A DNA stretch of 64,000 bases from Thermoproteota archaeon (GTDB lineage Archaea; Thermoproteota; Thermoprotei; Gearchaeales; Gearchaeaceae). The notes beneath the pieces were generated by a model. The model saw only the letters and a list, made by a program, of their open reading frames with translations, did not search any database and was not told the origin of the DNA. Both the position numbers and the translations under genes were made by a program. Position 1 is the first letter of the stretch; the number at the start of each line of letters is the position of its first letter. The stretch is from NCBI GenBank assembly GCA_041640715.1, contig JBEPZU010000004.1, positions 1,542-65,541 on the forward strand, given 5' to 3'. Of the stretch, positions 1 to 9,492 are shown piece by piece.

Positions 1-225
1 CTTGTATATGAAGACATGCAACCAAAGCTAATAACCAGCTTAGAAGAAATTCATGAAGATTTTTTCAAGTTTGAGAAATTCTATGAACTCGACACAAGAC
101 TTTTAGGTAAAGGAAGACATACAATACAAGCCGAAGTTAGGGCAAAGTGGAGTAATTACACGTTCATAAAGGCGTCACAAGTCAAGGCTTCAAGTAACAT
201 AGTTGAGATAGAGTGCATAGAATGA
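1..225 (+). CDS. hypothetical protein; frame is open to the window edge, so possibly a 3' part of a longer gene
   Basis: Track ORF 16..225. No in-frame stop between position 1 and 16. No recognisable motif. Confidence 0.3.
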   Translation, partial: LVYEDMQPKLITSLEEIHEDFFKFEKFYELDTRLLGKGRHTIQAEVRAKWSNYTFIKASQVKASSNIVEIECIE

Positions 226-497
226 TTTTCAAGAAAAAGTTAGAAGCCACATTCGGAAGCGATTTCGCTATGGAAAAAGCTGAAGAAAGACTTTTAAAAA
301 TGGGGCTTAAGTCCGAGAGAAAACCTCCTATAAAATTAATAATATACGTGAAAAAGAAAGAAGAAATAGAAAAGGTCAGGAGGATAGTCTCTGAAAGTTT
401 AGGATACTTGGAACCGATAGAAACTTTCAGAGATAAACTAATAGTAAAACTCTCCGCGATCCTTTATTTCGTTTTGCGAAGAAGTAAGAAGAAATGA
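213..497 (+). CDS. hypothetical small basic protein
   Basis: 94-aa ORF overlapping the previous stop. Lys-rich. No family recognised. Confidence 0.3.
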   Translation: MHRMIFKKKLEATFGSDFAMEKAEERLLKMGLKSERKPPIKLIIYVKKKEEIEKVRRIVSESLGYLEPIETFRDKLIVKLSAILYFVLRRSKKK

Positions 498-638
498 TCA
501 AGATTCGTCTTCTACGACTTCTACAATCGAATTACAGTTGGTGCAAAAAGGATATTCGTTGAAGTGCAATACAGGATCCTTAACGAATACTCTGATCTCA
601 GAATTACAGTACTTACATCTTAACATGATTATCTAGTA

Positions 639-1619
639 TTACTTCCAATATTTAAAATGTTCCCAACCTAAGCTGGTTATTTCGAAGTTCCTATTTTCAT
701 CAATATAACGAATACCCCTTCCTTCATAGGTTTTACCTATAACGCTGAAATCACAATTATGACCCTCCAGGATACGCTCTATATCTTTGAGATTTCTCTC
801 TGGAAATGTGAATAAAATTTCATATTCTTCTCCTCCTCGGTATAAAGCAAGCTCTAGAGGATCTAAATTTCTTTCTTTACAAAATTCTAACACTTCTCCA
901 TCTATAGGTATTTCGTTTATAATGAAACTCATACCATTTGCCTCGGCAAGTTGATTTAAAGAAATAGCTAGACCGTCGCTTATATCCATACATGAGGTGA
1001 TGAAGGGCGAAATCGCTATCGCTTCTTTAATCCTGCCTTTTGGTCTGAATATTCTGTCAAGTGCTTTATCTTTTAAGCTGCTATTTAGATCTAAATTCTC
1101 AAAAATAGCTTTGAAACCCAGAGAATTTAAACCGAATTTCCCTGTTACTCCTATCAAGTCTCCTGTTCTAGCTCCTCTTCTTTCAACAATCTTATTGGCC
1201 GTACCAAAAGCAAAGCCTGCTACTGAAAACTCCTTTGAGGATGAAAGGTCGCCGCCCATGTATATTGCTCCATTTTCATTCATAGCATCACAAGCTCCTT
1301 TTATGAGTTGTTTAAGGTCATCTATAGAGAAGTTCTCTGGTAAAGAAATCGCTAGAAGCATGCCTATGGGCTTTGCTCCTTTACAAGCAATATCTGATAG
1401 ATTAGCAATAACTATTTTCCATCCGAAATTGTAATAACCCATCATGTCTATATAGTCCGAATAATAATTGGCCACGTCTGTATGCAGAACTAAATAAAGA
1501 TCCTTGTCAATTTTATAGAAAACGGAATCATCGTAAATCGGCTTGCTCCAATAATTCCCTATAATCTCATGGATCAATTCTATAATACTTCTTTCACCCA
1601 ACTCTTTTACAACGCTCAT
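639..1619 (-). CDS. thiL: thiamine-monophosphate kinase (AIR synthase-related family)
   Basis: 326 aa. N-terminal GERSIIELI-type start, ThiL/PurM-like fold motifs (DDSV..., MDISDG). Length typical for ThiL. Confidence 0.7.
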   Translation of the reverse strand: MSVVKELGERSIIELIHEIIGNYWSKPIYDDSVFYKIDKDLYLVLHTDVANYYSDYIDMMGYYNFGWKIVIANLSDIACKGAKPIGMLLAISLPENFSIDDLKQLIKGACDAMNENGAIYMGGDLSSSKEFSVAGFAFGTANKIVERRGARTGDLIGVTGKFGLNSLGFKAIFENLDLNSSLKDKALDRIFRPKGRIKEAIAISPFITSCMDISDGLAISLNQLAEANGMSFIINEIPIDGEVLEFCKERNLDPLELALYRGGEEYEILFTFPERNLKDIERILEGHNCDFSVIGKTYEGRGIRYIDENRNFEITSLGWEHFKYWK

Positions 1620-1741
1620 TGAGATATAACTCAGACAAGATAAATTAATGGATTATCTAAGAAGAATTAATCCATGTCAAAACACCTATTTCAATTTATA
1701 AAAGCCTTAAGATTAATTTTGAGATAATATAGTTTGATATT

Positions 1742-1815
1742 GCCCCAGTAGCATAGCCAGGTAATGCGCCTGCCTCGTAAGCAGGAGATCGCGGGTTCAA
1801 ATCCCGCCTGGGGCT
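1742..1815 (+). tRNA. tRNA-Thr (anticodon CGU), no intron, CCA not encoded
   Basis: Cloverleaf read by eye: acceptor GCCCCAG/CTGGGGC, D-stem GCAT/ATGC, anticodon stem CCTGC/GCAGG with loop CTCGTAA, T-arm GCGGG-TTCAAAT-CCCGC. Confidence 0.85.
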
Positions 1816-1969
1816 TGTAGAGCTGGAGTAATTCTTCATTAGTATTGACCTTGAAAATCCGGTTTTAATCGACCTAAACGAAATATCCTACATCAGTTAC
1901 AGACCGATTCAAGTTGTTTCATCTTATTTTATGAAAAATTCAATGAATAGATGCTCGTTTTTCGTCCTT

Positions 1970-2797
1970 TTAATGATTCCTCAAATTAAGCGTATTATTT
2001 AGCCAATTCAAGGCTTCTATTATGAAGCTAGGTCCATGATGGGCTAAGAAATCATAAGGACCTGGTGTTACGTAAAGTTTCCCTTCCTTCAAAGCTTTTA
2101 AATTAGACCATCCTCTTTTCTCGAATTTCCTCAAAATATCTTCTTTGCTTTCTTCACTGAACATCTTAGGTTCATATAATATAACATCAGGTTCTCTTTC
2201 TATAACCGCTCTGAAATCAGGTTCTAACCATTCGCTTGCTTCTCCTTGGAAGATGTTAATATGACCCAAGAAATTTATGGCGTCAGTAATATAGCTATAG
2301 GCTCCAAAGGTAACCGGCATACCGAAATCTATTTCAATGTAGACCTTTAGTCTTGAAGAGCTAGGTTTCACTTTGTTTATTTCATTAAGCAATCTATATT
2401 GCAACTTTCTGGCCTCTTCATAATATCCAGCGACAAGCCCTACTTCGTGACATAAGTTTACTATGCCAGATATGCTCGTAGGTAAAGGAGATGCGAATAC
2501 GTTGAATTCCTTTGATAAATTTTTGGCGAATTCTCTTTGATAGCCAGTAGTAGTGAATATTATATCTGGCTTGAGTGACCTAATCTTGTCTAGATTCGCC
2601 TTAGAATAGCTCCCTAGTATTTGTTTTTCTCTAGCTTCTTTAGGACGAACACAAAAAGCACTAACACCTACTATCTTATCTCCAAGACCCATTAAAAACA
2701 AAGCCTCTGTAATAGCAGGGCTAAAACTTATTATCCTTTCACATCTATCTGGCAAATTAAGCTCTGTTTCGAGTGATTCGCAATACACTCGACGCAT
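1970..2797 (-). CDS. ABC-transporter periplasmic-type substrate-binding protein, FecB/BtuF (iron-siderophore/cobalamin) family
   Basis: 275 aa. Class III binding-protein pattern (GVSAFCV...KPDIIF...). No clear signal peptide seen. Confidence 0.55.
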   Translation of the reverse strand: MRRVYCESLETELNLPDRCERIISFSPAITEALFLMGLGDKIVGVSAFCVRPKEAREKQILGSYSKANLDKIRSLKPDIIFTTTGYQREFAKNLSKEFNVFASPLPTSISGIVNLCHEVGLVAGYYEEARKLQYRLLNEINKVKPSSSRLKVYIEIDFGMPVTFGAYSYITDAINFLGHINIFQGEASEWLEPDFRAVIEREPDVILYEPKMFSEESKEDILRKFEKRGWSNLKALKEGKLYVTPGPYDFLAHHGPSFIIEALNWLNNTLNLRNH

Positions 2798-2809
2798 ATT
2801 ATAACAATG

Positions 2810-2825
2810 TTATATTTATATTTAG
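2810..2825. promoter_or_regulatory. AT-rich TATA-like element in the divergent intergenic region upstream of sufC
   Basis: ttatatttatattta lies 26-40 nt upstream of the sufC ATG. An adjacent short inverted repeat ATAACA-N-TGTTAT could be an operator. Confidence 0.25.
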
Positions 2826-2850
2826 GTTGATTTAAGAGTAAACATCGGAA

Positions 2851-3615
2851 ATGGTAGATGTACTAACCATAGAGAATTTACATGTTGAAGTCGAAGGCAA
2901 AGAGATACTTAGGGACATAAACTTAGAAGTGAAAAGCAACGAAATTCATGCAATAATGGGTCCTAACGGTGCAGGAAAGAGCTCATTAGCTTTAGCTATA
3001 ATGGGCCATCCGAGGTATAAGATAACTAAAGGAGATGTTAAAATAAATGGAGAAAGCATCCTAGGTCTAACCACGGATAAAAGAGCGCAAAAGGGGCTGT
3101 TTATATCTTTACAATATCCAATCGGTTTGCAAGGAATAAGCTTATTCACTTTGATGAAAGCATCTTTAACGGCTCTTAGATACAAACCTGTTGAAGGACA
3201 AAAGGTCAATCTGCCTTTACTTCAGATAAAAAAAGAACTTGAAGAAAATCTCAAAAAATTAGGCTTAGATGAAAGCTTTGTGAATAGATATGTCAATGAA
3301 GGCTTCTCTGGAGGAGAAAAGAAGAAAAGCGAAATAGTTCAAATGGCCTTAATAAAACCAAAATTTGCTATATTAGATGAAACTGATTCAGGTCTAGACA
3401 TAGACGGAATAAAAATTGTTTCTAACGCTATCCTGGAAATAAGCAAACGTGAAATTGGTCTTGTCCTAATAACCCATTATAACAGAATATTGCAGTTCAT
3501 AAGACCAGATTATGTTCACGTACTTATAGACGGAAGAATTGTTGAAAGCGGAAGTGCTGAGTTAGCTGACATCTTGGAACAAAAAGGTTACTATTGGTTA
3601 AAGCAGGAACTATAA
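2851..3615 (+). CDS. sufC: Fe-S cluster assembly ATPase SufC
   Basis: Walker A GPNGAGKSS, ABC signature FSGGEKKK, Walker B ILDETDSGLD, H-loop ITHY. 254 aa. Confidence 0.9.
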   Translation: MVDVLTIENLHVEVEGKEILRDINLEVKSNEIHAIMGPNGAGKSSLALAIMGHPRYKITKGDVKINGESILGLTTDKRAQKGLFISLQYPIGLQGISLFTLMKASLTALRYKPVEGQKVNLPLLQIKKELEENLKKLGLDESFVNRYVNEGFSGGEKKKSEIVQMALIKPKFAILDETDSGLDIDGIKIVSNAILEISKREIGLVLITHYNRILQFIRPDYVHVLIDGRIVESGSAELADILEQKGYYWLKQEL

Positions 3616-3656
3616 CAGTGTTATGTTTATATACTCGATGAATGAGGTTTTTATAG

Positions 3657-5054
3657 ATGACTAAGGTCGAATTAAGTTTTGACTATAGTAAATACAACTT
3701 TAGGGATATCGTAGATTATGAAGTCAAGTTCCCCAAAGGTTTGTCTGAAGAGATCGTGAGGGAAATATCAAGAATAAAGAATGAACCTTCATGGATGGAA
3801 GAGTTCAGAGTTAAGGCTTATAGAATCTTCTTAGAAAAACCAATGCCTACTTGGGGAGTAGACTTATCCAGTTTAAATTTCGATGAATTTTATTACTTTG
3901 CAAGGCCTACTAGTAAGAAAGGAAGAAGTTGGGAAGAAGTACCAGAATATATAAAGAGGACGTTTGAAGCCTTAGGTATTCCTGAAGCAGAAAGGAAATT
4001 CTTAGCAGGGGTTGGAGCACAATACGAATCTGAAGTGGTATATCACAATGTAAGGAAAGAATTGGAGAAAAAAGGTGTTATATTCGTAGATACAGATACT
4101 GCGGTTAAAGAATATCCTGAAATTGTTAAGAAATACTTCGGAACTGTAGTACCACCCAACGATAATAAACTTGCAGCTCTAAACTCAGCAGTATGGAGCG
4201 GAGGTTCTTTCATATATGTACCTGAAGGAGTCAAAGTAGAATTACCCTTGCAAGCATATTTCAGAATAAACGCACAAAACATCGGTCAGTTCGAGAGGAC
4301 ATTAATAATAGCTGAACCATACAGCGAGGTTCATTACATAGAAGGATGTACAGCGCCTATTTACGCTTCAAGCTCATTACATGCTGCCGTAGTCGAAATC
4401 ATTGCTAAGAAAGGAGCAAAAGTTCGCTACACTACTATTCAAAACTGGTCTGTAGATGTTTATAACTTAGTAACTAAGAGAGCCCATGCCTATGAAGAAG
4501 CTACAGTTGAATGGGTAGATGCGAATATAGGGAGCAAAGCCACGATGAAATATCCTTCTATCTACTTGCTAGGGAAATACGCAAGAGGAGAAGTATTGTC
4601 GGTTGCCTTTGCAGGTAAAGGTCAACACCAAGATACAGGTGCAAAGGCTATACATCTTGCACCTTATACTTCATCTAGGATAACTGCTAAGTCTGTTTCT
4701 AAAGATGGAGGGAGAACTACTTATAGAGGATTAGTGCATGTAGCAAAAGGAGCACGAGGAGTAAAGTCTAGCGTGAGATGCGATGCTCTTTTGTTGGATG
4801 AAAAATCTAAGACTGATACCTATCCTTATAATGAAATAATGGAAGACGATGCTACTGTTACCCATGAAGCTACAGTAGGAAAGATAAGCGATGACCAGCT
4901 CTTCTATTTAATGTCAAGAGGAATTTCAGAAACCGAAGCTTTAAATATGATCGTCCTAGGGTTCTTCGAACCTTTCATAAAAGAATTACCCATGGAATAT
5001 GCAGTGGAGATGAACAGGCTATTAAGACTTGAAATGACAGGTTCTGTAGGTTAA
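3657..5054 (+). CDS. sufB: Fe-S cluster assembly scaffold SufB
   Basis: 465 aa. Conserved SufB C-terminal block ([26 protein letters not shown]). Directly follows sufC. Confidence 0.9.
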   Translation: MTKVELSFDYSKYNFRDIVDYEVKFPKGLSEEIVREISRIKNEPSWMEEFRVKAYRIFLEKPMPTWGVDLSSLNFDEFYYFARPTSKKGRSWEEVPEYIKRTFEALGIPEAERKFLAGVGAQYESEVVYHNVRKELEKKGVIFVDTDTAVKEYPEIVKKYFGTVVPPNDNKLAALNSAVWSGGSFIYVPEGVKVELPLQAYFRINAQNIGQFERTLIIAEPYSEVHYIEGCTAPIYASSSLHAAVVEIIAKKGAKVRYTTIQNWSVDVYNLVTKRAHAYEEATVEWVDANIGSKATMKYPSIYLLGKYARGEVLSVAFAGKGQHQDTGAKAIHLAPYTSSRITAKSVSKDGGRTTYRGLVHVAKGARGVKSSVRCDALLLDEKSKTDTYPYNEIMEDDATVTHEATVGKISDDQLFYLMSRGISETEALNMIVLGFFEPFIKELPMEYAVEMNRLLRLEMTGSVG

Positions 5055-5072
5055 GAAACTCTTATAATATCC

Positions 5073-6473
5073 ATGAATTTTTTAAATTTAGATTCTAGAA
5101 TTATAAAGGAAATAAGCTATCACACAAAAGAAATTCCTTGGTTAAGCGAAATTAGGTACAAAGCATGGAATATCTTTGAAAAGCTACCCATAGAAACTTC
5201 TCCTCTCTACATAAAGCATTATGATTTTTCTAGGATAAATCTATTAGATGCCAAACTGAATCTGAAGGAAGAAAGACGTTCCTTTGAAGAGATCGATTCG
5301 ATTCTTAAAGAAATAGAATTGCTACCCTACGTTTGTACCATAGATGGTAAAGTGTATAGAACAAACGTACCAAAGCCTTTGAAAGAGAAAGGATTAATCA
5401 TCAGAGAAATAGATGAAATGCTTAGAGATGAAGAGGATTTGAAGAAACTTATCAATTTAAAGGTATTAAACCACGAAGAAGATAAGTTCATAGCATTGAA
5501 TGATGCACTCTTCAACTCTGGATTCTACATTAGAATCCCGAGCGGGGTGATACTCAAGCTACCTATTAGGATAATCAATTTCCAAACAGAAGAAGGAAAC
5601 TTGAATTTCATAAAAAACTTCATAGAAATAGGCCAAGATGCTAGGTTAACTATAATAGAAGAGAATTATTCCCTGAAAAAAGATAATAAGCAAACTCTAA
5701 TTAGCGTTAATTTAAACTTAGTTCTTAGAGAAGCAGCTGAAGTTGAATATATTTCCATAAATGATCTCAACAACGAAGTCAATTTCTTCGTTAATAGGAG
5801 AGCTTCATGTTACAAGGATTCTAAAGTAACATGGGTTGTATTGAACTTCGGAGGTTTGGTTACTAGAATTAAGACCGATAATGCGATGAATGGAGAAGGA
5901 GTTATAGCAAACATGAATGAAATAGTGGTTGGTGATTCAAAGCAAGTATTCGATTTAACAACCTATTTATCCCACAATGCTCCTTTCACGAAAGGAGTTT
6001 CGATGACAAAAGGAGTGTTGAAAGATGAAGCAAGGGCTTTATTTAAAGGAATGATAAAGATATTGGAAAATGCCAAGAATGCTGATGCGTATTTGGCTGA
6101 GCACGCAATGATATTGAACAGGGGAGCTAGGGCTGATTCTATACCTGGATTGGAAATAAAAAACAACGAAGTTAGAGCAACACATTCTGCTTCCGTGGCC
6201 CAAATAGATGAGGAGCAAATATTCTATCTCATGAGTCGAGGTATGAGTGAAGAAGAAGCTAAGAAATTATTGACACTTGCTTTCTTCCAACCTTTGATCG
6301 ATCAAATACCTGCAGAACAAATAAAAGAAGAAATCATCTCCTTGATAGAATATAAACTCGAGAAAAAAGAAAGAAGTTTAAAGGAGAAGTTCATAGTGAC
6401 TGAGGAATTAAAAGAAATAAAAACGATCTCTCCTGAGAAATTATTCGAGACCCACTATAAATATAGGAAATGA
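5073..6473 (+). CDS. sufD: Fe-S cluster assembly protein SufD
   Basis: 466 aa. Paralogous to SufB with the same C-terminal block (HSASVAQIDEEQIFYLMSRGMSEEEA). Third gene of sufCBD. Confidence 0.8.
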   Translation: MNFLNLDSRIIKEISYHTKEIPWLSEIRYKAWNIFEKLPIETSPLYIKHYDFSRINLLDAKLNLKEERRSFEEIDSILKEIELLPYVCTIDGKVYRTNVPKPLKEKGLIIREIDEMLRDEEDLKKLINLKVLNHEEDKFIALNDALFNSGFYIRIPSGVILKLPIRIINFQTEEGNLNFIKNFIEIGQDARLTIIEENYSLKKDNKQTLISVNLNLVLREAAEVEYISINDLNNEVNFFVNRRASCYKDSKVTWVVLNFGGLVTRIKTDNAMNGEGVIANMNEIVVGDSKQVFDLTTYLSHNAPFTKGVSMTKGVLKDEARALFKGMIKILENAKNADAYLAEHAMILNRGARADSIPGLEIKNNEVRATHSASVAQIDEEQIFYLMSRGMSEEEAKKLLTLAFFQPLIDQIPAEQIKEEIISLIEYKLEKKERSLKEKFIVTEELKEIKTISPEKLFETHYKYRK

Positions 6474-6781
6474 AATCAAAGCTAGTGAAGCTTTGCAACT
6501 TAAAAGATCTTAATAATGAAGAAATAAAGGGATTTGATATAGGATCTGAACATTTAATAGCTATCAAGAAAGGATCCCAGGTTTTCGTTCTTGAAGGAAT
6601 ATGCACACACGAATACGCAGATCTAGCCAATGGCTTCTTGATAGAAGATAGGGTGATATGCCCATTGCACCTTTCACAATTCGATATTAAAACCGGAGAG
6701 GTACTTAATCCCCCTGCTGAAAGACGGCTTAAGGTTTATAAAACTAGGATAATAGGAGAGGAAGTATATATTGAAGTTTAA
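6470..6781 (+). CDS. Rieske-type [2Fe-2S] ferredoxin-like protein
   Basis: 103 aa. CTHEY...(17 aa)...CPLH, i.e. CxH...CxxH Rieske ligands. Start overlaps the sufD stop. Confidence 0.7.
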   Translation: MKSKLVKLCNLKDLNNEEIKGFDIGSEHLIAIKKGSQVFVLEGICTHEYADLANGFLIEDRVICPLHLSQFDIKTGEVLNPPAERRLKVYKTRIIGEEVYIEV

Positions 6782-6798
6782 TAATATTTAGCTAGTTA

Positions 6799-7203
6799 AT
6801 GGAAGATTACTATTACGAGCTAATACTTGATCATTACAGAAACCCTAGAAATAAGGGAAGGATCGAGAATCCTGACGCTATTGCTTTTGATTCCAATCCT
6901 CTTTGTGGGGATGAAATAGAATATACCATAAAGCTCGATGAGGAGAAAAAGGTAATAAAAGATATAAAATTCCTAGGAAAAGGTTGTGCCCTTAGTCAAG
7001 CTTCTGCTTCTATTCTAAGTGAGCTCGTTAAGAACAAGCCATTAGAAGCCGTTAAAAACATGACTAAAGAAGAATTGTTAAAAGAATTAGGGAATCCAAA
7101 ACTAGGACCTACAAGAATAAAGTGCGCCTTGTTATCCTATAAAACACTGAAGCTTGCTATTTATTCTTACTTGGGCAAAAAGCTTCTCGAGGAAATATAT
7201 TAA
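6799..7203 (+). CDS. SufU/IscU-like (NifU N-terminal domain) Fe-S scaffold / sulfur acceptor
   Basis: 134 aa. YRNPRN...CGD...GCA(L)...C pattern of the SufE-like/SufU family. Last gene of the suf cluster. Confidence 0.65.
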   Translation: MEDYYYELILDHYRNPRNKGRIENPDAIAFDSNPLCGDEIEYTIKLDEEKKVIKDIKFLGKGCALSQASASILSELVKNKPLEAVKNMTKEELLKELGNPKLGPTRIKCALLSYKTLKLAIYSYLGKKLLEEIY

Positions 7204-7240
7204 AATTTAAAATAAAAACAGCCTTCTTATGATAATAGAA

Positions 7241-7342
7241 GCAGGGGTTCCCTAGCCTGGTTAAAGGGGCAGGGCTTAGGATGTTAAAGCATAAGAGACC
7301 CTGTGGCGTAGGCCTTCGTGGGTTCAAATCCCACCCCCTGCA
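7241..7342 (+). tRNA. tRNA-Leu (anticodon UAG) with about 17-nt intron between positions 37/38
   Basis: Acceptor GCAGGGG/CCCCTGC, anticodon stem CAGGG/CCCTG, loop CTTAGG^[ATGTTAAAGCATAAGAG]A, long variable arm GGCGTAGGCC, T-arm GTGGG-TTCAAAT-CCCAC, discriminator A. Confidence 0.8.
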
Positions 7343-7382
7343 TTGATATATTAAGTACGAATTCTTTAAGTAGAAGCAAAGT

Positions 7383-7389
7383 TTTAAAC
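7383..7389 (+). promoter_or_regulatory. TATA-box-like element upstream of glmS
   Basis: ttttaaa lies 22-28 nt upstream of the glmS ATG, consistent with a leaderless archaeal promoter. Confidence 0.25.
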
Positions 7390-7410
7390 TAATAAAACGA
7401 AGTTTAGTGT

Positions 7411-9231
7411 ATGTGTAGAATATTTGCAGCAGTTTTCAAAGAAGGGAATGTGTCTCCTATTCTTCGAATAGGCCTTAAAAGATTAGAATATGGAGGTTAT
7501 GATTCCGCAGGAGTTGCCACCTTATATCTAGGTAAAATTTACGTTAAAAAAGACAAGGGCAAAATCGATGAAATACACCAAAATCTTAATCTTGATGATT
7601 TGCCCGGCAATGTTGGCATAGCTCATACCAGATGGGCTACCCATGGAGCTCCTTCTAAGATAAATGCTCATCCTCATCTAGATTGTCTAGGAGAAATAGC
7701 TGTGGTTCATAATGGAATAATAGAGAATTTCCTAGAGCTCAAACAAGAACTGGAGAATTTAAAACATGTCTTCTTGTCTAGAACAGATACCGAAGTAGTA
7801 GCTCACTTGATAGAAGAATATTATAAAAGGACTGGAAATTTCAGAGAAGCATGCTTCCTAGCTCTAAAAAGGCTTGAAGGTACTTATGCTTTAGCAATAC
7901 TTTCTAAGCATTACAAAGATGGCATAATAATAGCAAAGAAAGGATCCCCGTTGCTCATAGGAGTAGGTAAAGAAAGTAACTTCGCTAGCTCTGATACGAT
8001 AGCTTTCTTGGATAAAACGAAGACTGCAATAGCATTAGAAGACGGAGATATGGCTTTCATAACCAACGATTCCTTAGAGATATATAGAATAGAAGATGGT
8101 TCTCCTGTTAAAAGGAGGATGTTTACGATAGAATGGAATTTAGAACAAGCAAGCAAGGAAGGTTACGAACACTTCATGCTCAAGGAAATCATGGAACAGC
8201 CTTTATCAATGAGATATTCGCTGGGAACGCAGAAACAATACGTCGAGCTCGTCGCTGAATTCATGGATAAATCTTCTAAGAATTTCTTAGTAGCGGCAGG
8301 AACTTCCTATCATTCATGCGTAGCAGGATCTTACATATATTCAAAATTAGCCAGCCTAGCCACGATACCAACGATAGCTTCAGAATTCGTTGAAAACTAT
8401 GGTAATTCAATAGATTTAAACACAACCATACTTTTCGTTTCCCAATCTGGAGAAACCGCAGATGTAATAAATGCACTTGAGTATGCAAGAAAGAAGGCTT
8501 GCACAACATTAGCTATATGTAACGTGGTAGGATCTACTTTGACTAGATTAGTTAGAGCATATATACTTCAACAATCTGGCCCAGAAATAGGGGTAGCAGC
8601 TACTAAGACTTATACTTCTCAATTGATAATCCATTTACTTTTATCTATAATGTTAGCTAAGAAAAGAGGTAAGATCTCGCAAAGCGAAATGGATGATTTG
8701 AAAGAAACTCTAATAGATATACCTAACATCGCAAGACAGATTTTATTTGAAAAACAAAGAGAAGTAAGAGATTTAGCTAAAATAATAGCCAAAGCTTCTC
8801 ATGTGTTTTTTTTGGCCAGAGGAGTAAATTATGCCACAGCGTTGGAAGGAAGGCTTAAGCTATTGGAAATATCTTATATACCTTCTACTGCATATCCTGC
8901 AGGAGAATCAAAGCACGGTCCTATAAGCCTTATAGAAGAGGGAGTACCGGTGATCTTCATAGCCCCTAATGATGAAACGAGGAAGCTTATAATAGGTAAT
9001 ATAATGGAAATGAAAGCCAGAAATGCTACGATCATTACTTTAGGCGAAGAGGAAGATAAGGAATTAATCTCTCTAAGCGATTACTACATATCAATGCCTA
9101 AAATGCTACCAATAATAACCCCTATACTTTACATACTCCCCTTACAACTTTTGGCTTACTATACAGCATTGGAAAAAAACATCGATCCAGATAAACCTAG
9201 AAATTTAGCTAAATCTGTGACAGTCCTTTAG
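7411..9231 (+). CDS. glmS: glutamine--fructose-6-phosphate aminotransferase (glucosamine-6-P synthase)
   Basis: 606 aa. N-terminal MC(RI)F Ntn-amidotransferase nucleophile, two SIS domains, C-terminal ...KPRNLAKSVTVL. Confidence 0.9.
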   Translation: MCRIFAAVFKEGNVSPILRIGLKRLEYGGYDSAGVATLYLGKIYVKKDKGKIDEIHQNLNLDDLPGNVGIAHTRWATHGAPSKINAHPHLDCLGEIAVVHNGIIENFLELKQELENLKHVFLSRTDTEVVAHLIEEYYKRTGNFREACFLALKRLEGTYALAILSKHYKDGIIIAKKGSPLLIGVGKESNFASSDTIAFLDKTKTAIALEDGDMAFITNDSLEIYRIEDGSPVKRRMFTIEWNLEQASKEGYEHFMLKEIMEQPLSMRYSLGTQKQYVELVAEFMDKSSKNFLVAAGTSYHSCVAGSYIYSKLASLATIPTIASEFVENYGNSIDLNTTILFVSQSGETADVINALEYARKKACTTLAICNVVGSTLTRLVRAYILQQSGPEIGVAATKTYTSQLIIHLLLSIMLAKKRGKISQSEMDDLKETLIDIPNIARQILFEKQREVRDLAKIIAKASHVFFLARGVNYATALEGRLKLLEISYIPSTAYPAGESKHGPISLIEEGVPVIFIAPNDETRKLIIGNIMEMKARNATIITLGEEEDKELISLSDYYISMPKMLPIITPILYILPLQLLAYYTALEKNIDPDKPRNLAKSVTVL

Positions 9232-9492
9232 TTCAATTTATAGCAAAACACTAACGCTATATTTTAGAAAAGGTTAGTCAGGAAGAATATTTTTGTTAAA
9301 CCGCTCGGGCGGCGTAGACCTTCTTGCGATGACCTAAAAGCACCCAAAATTATGCTGATCTACGAAGTAATTGAGAGAACTTCCTAAATTCATGTGTAGA
9401 CCAAAGAAGAATTAATCTTAGTAAAGGGTAGCTGATTATGATTTAATAAAGCTATAAAGGTATCTTTATTTTATTAAATGCAGTAATATTCG

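Noticed and set aside
997-1434. Antisense or alternate-frame ORFs of 60-145 aa nested within confidently assigned genes (e.g. 997..1434, 2946..3209, 4043..4282, 5327..5515, 7911..8156, 11300..11578, 23650..23982, 35937..36152, 49917..50222)
   Set aside because: All lie opposite or out of frame inside longer ORFs with clear family signatures. Low-complexity composition is typical of spurious ORFs in AT-rich DNA.
9232-9492. Possible C/D-box sRNA (GCGATGACC ... GCTGATC) in the glmS-thrC gap
   Set aside because: Box C deviates from RUGAUGA, boxes are only about 30 nt apart, and no terminal stem or second box pair is found. A weak GC-rich stem (CGGGCGGCG) may just be a terminator-like element.
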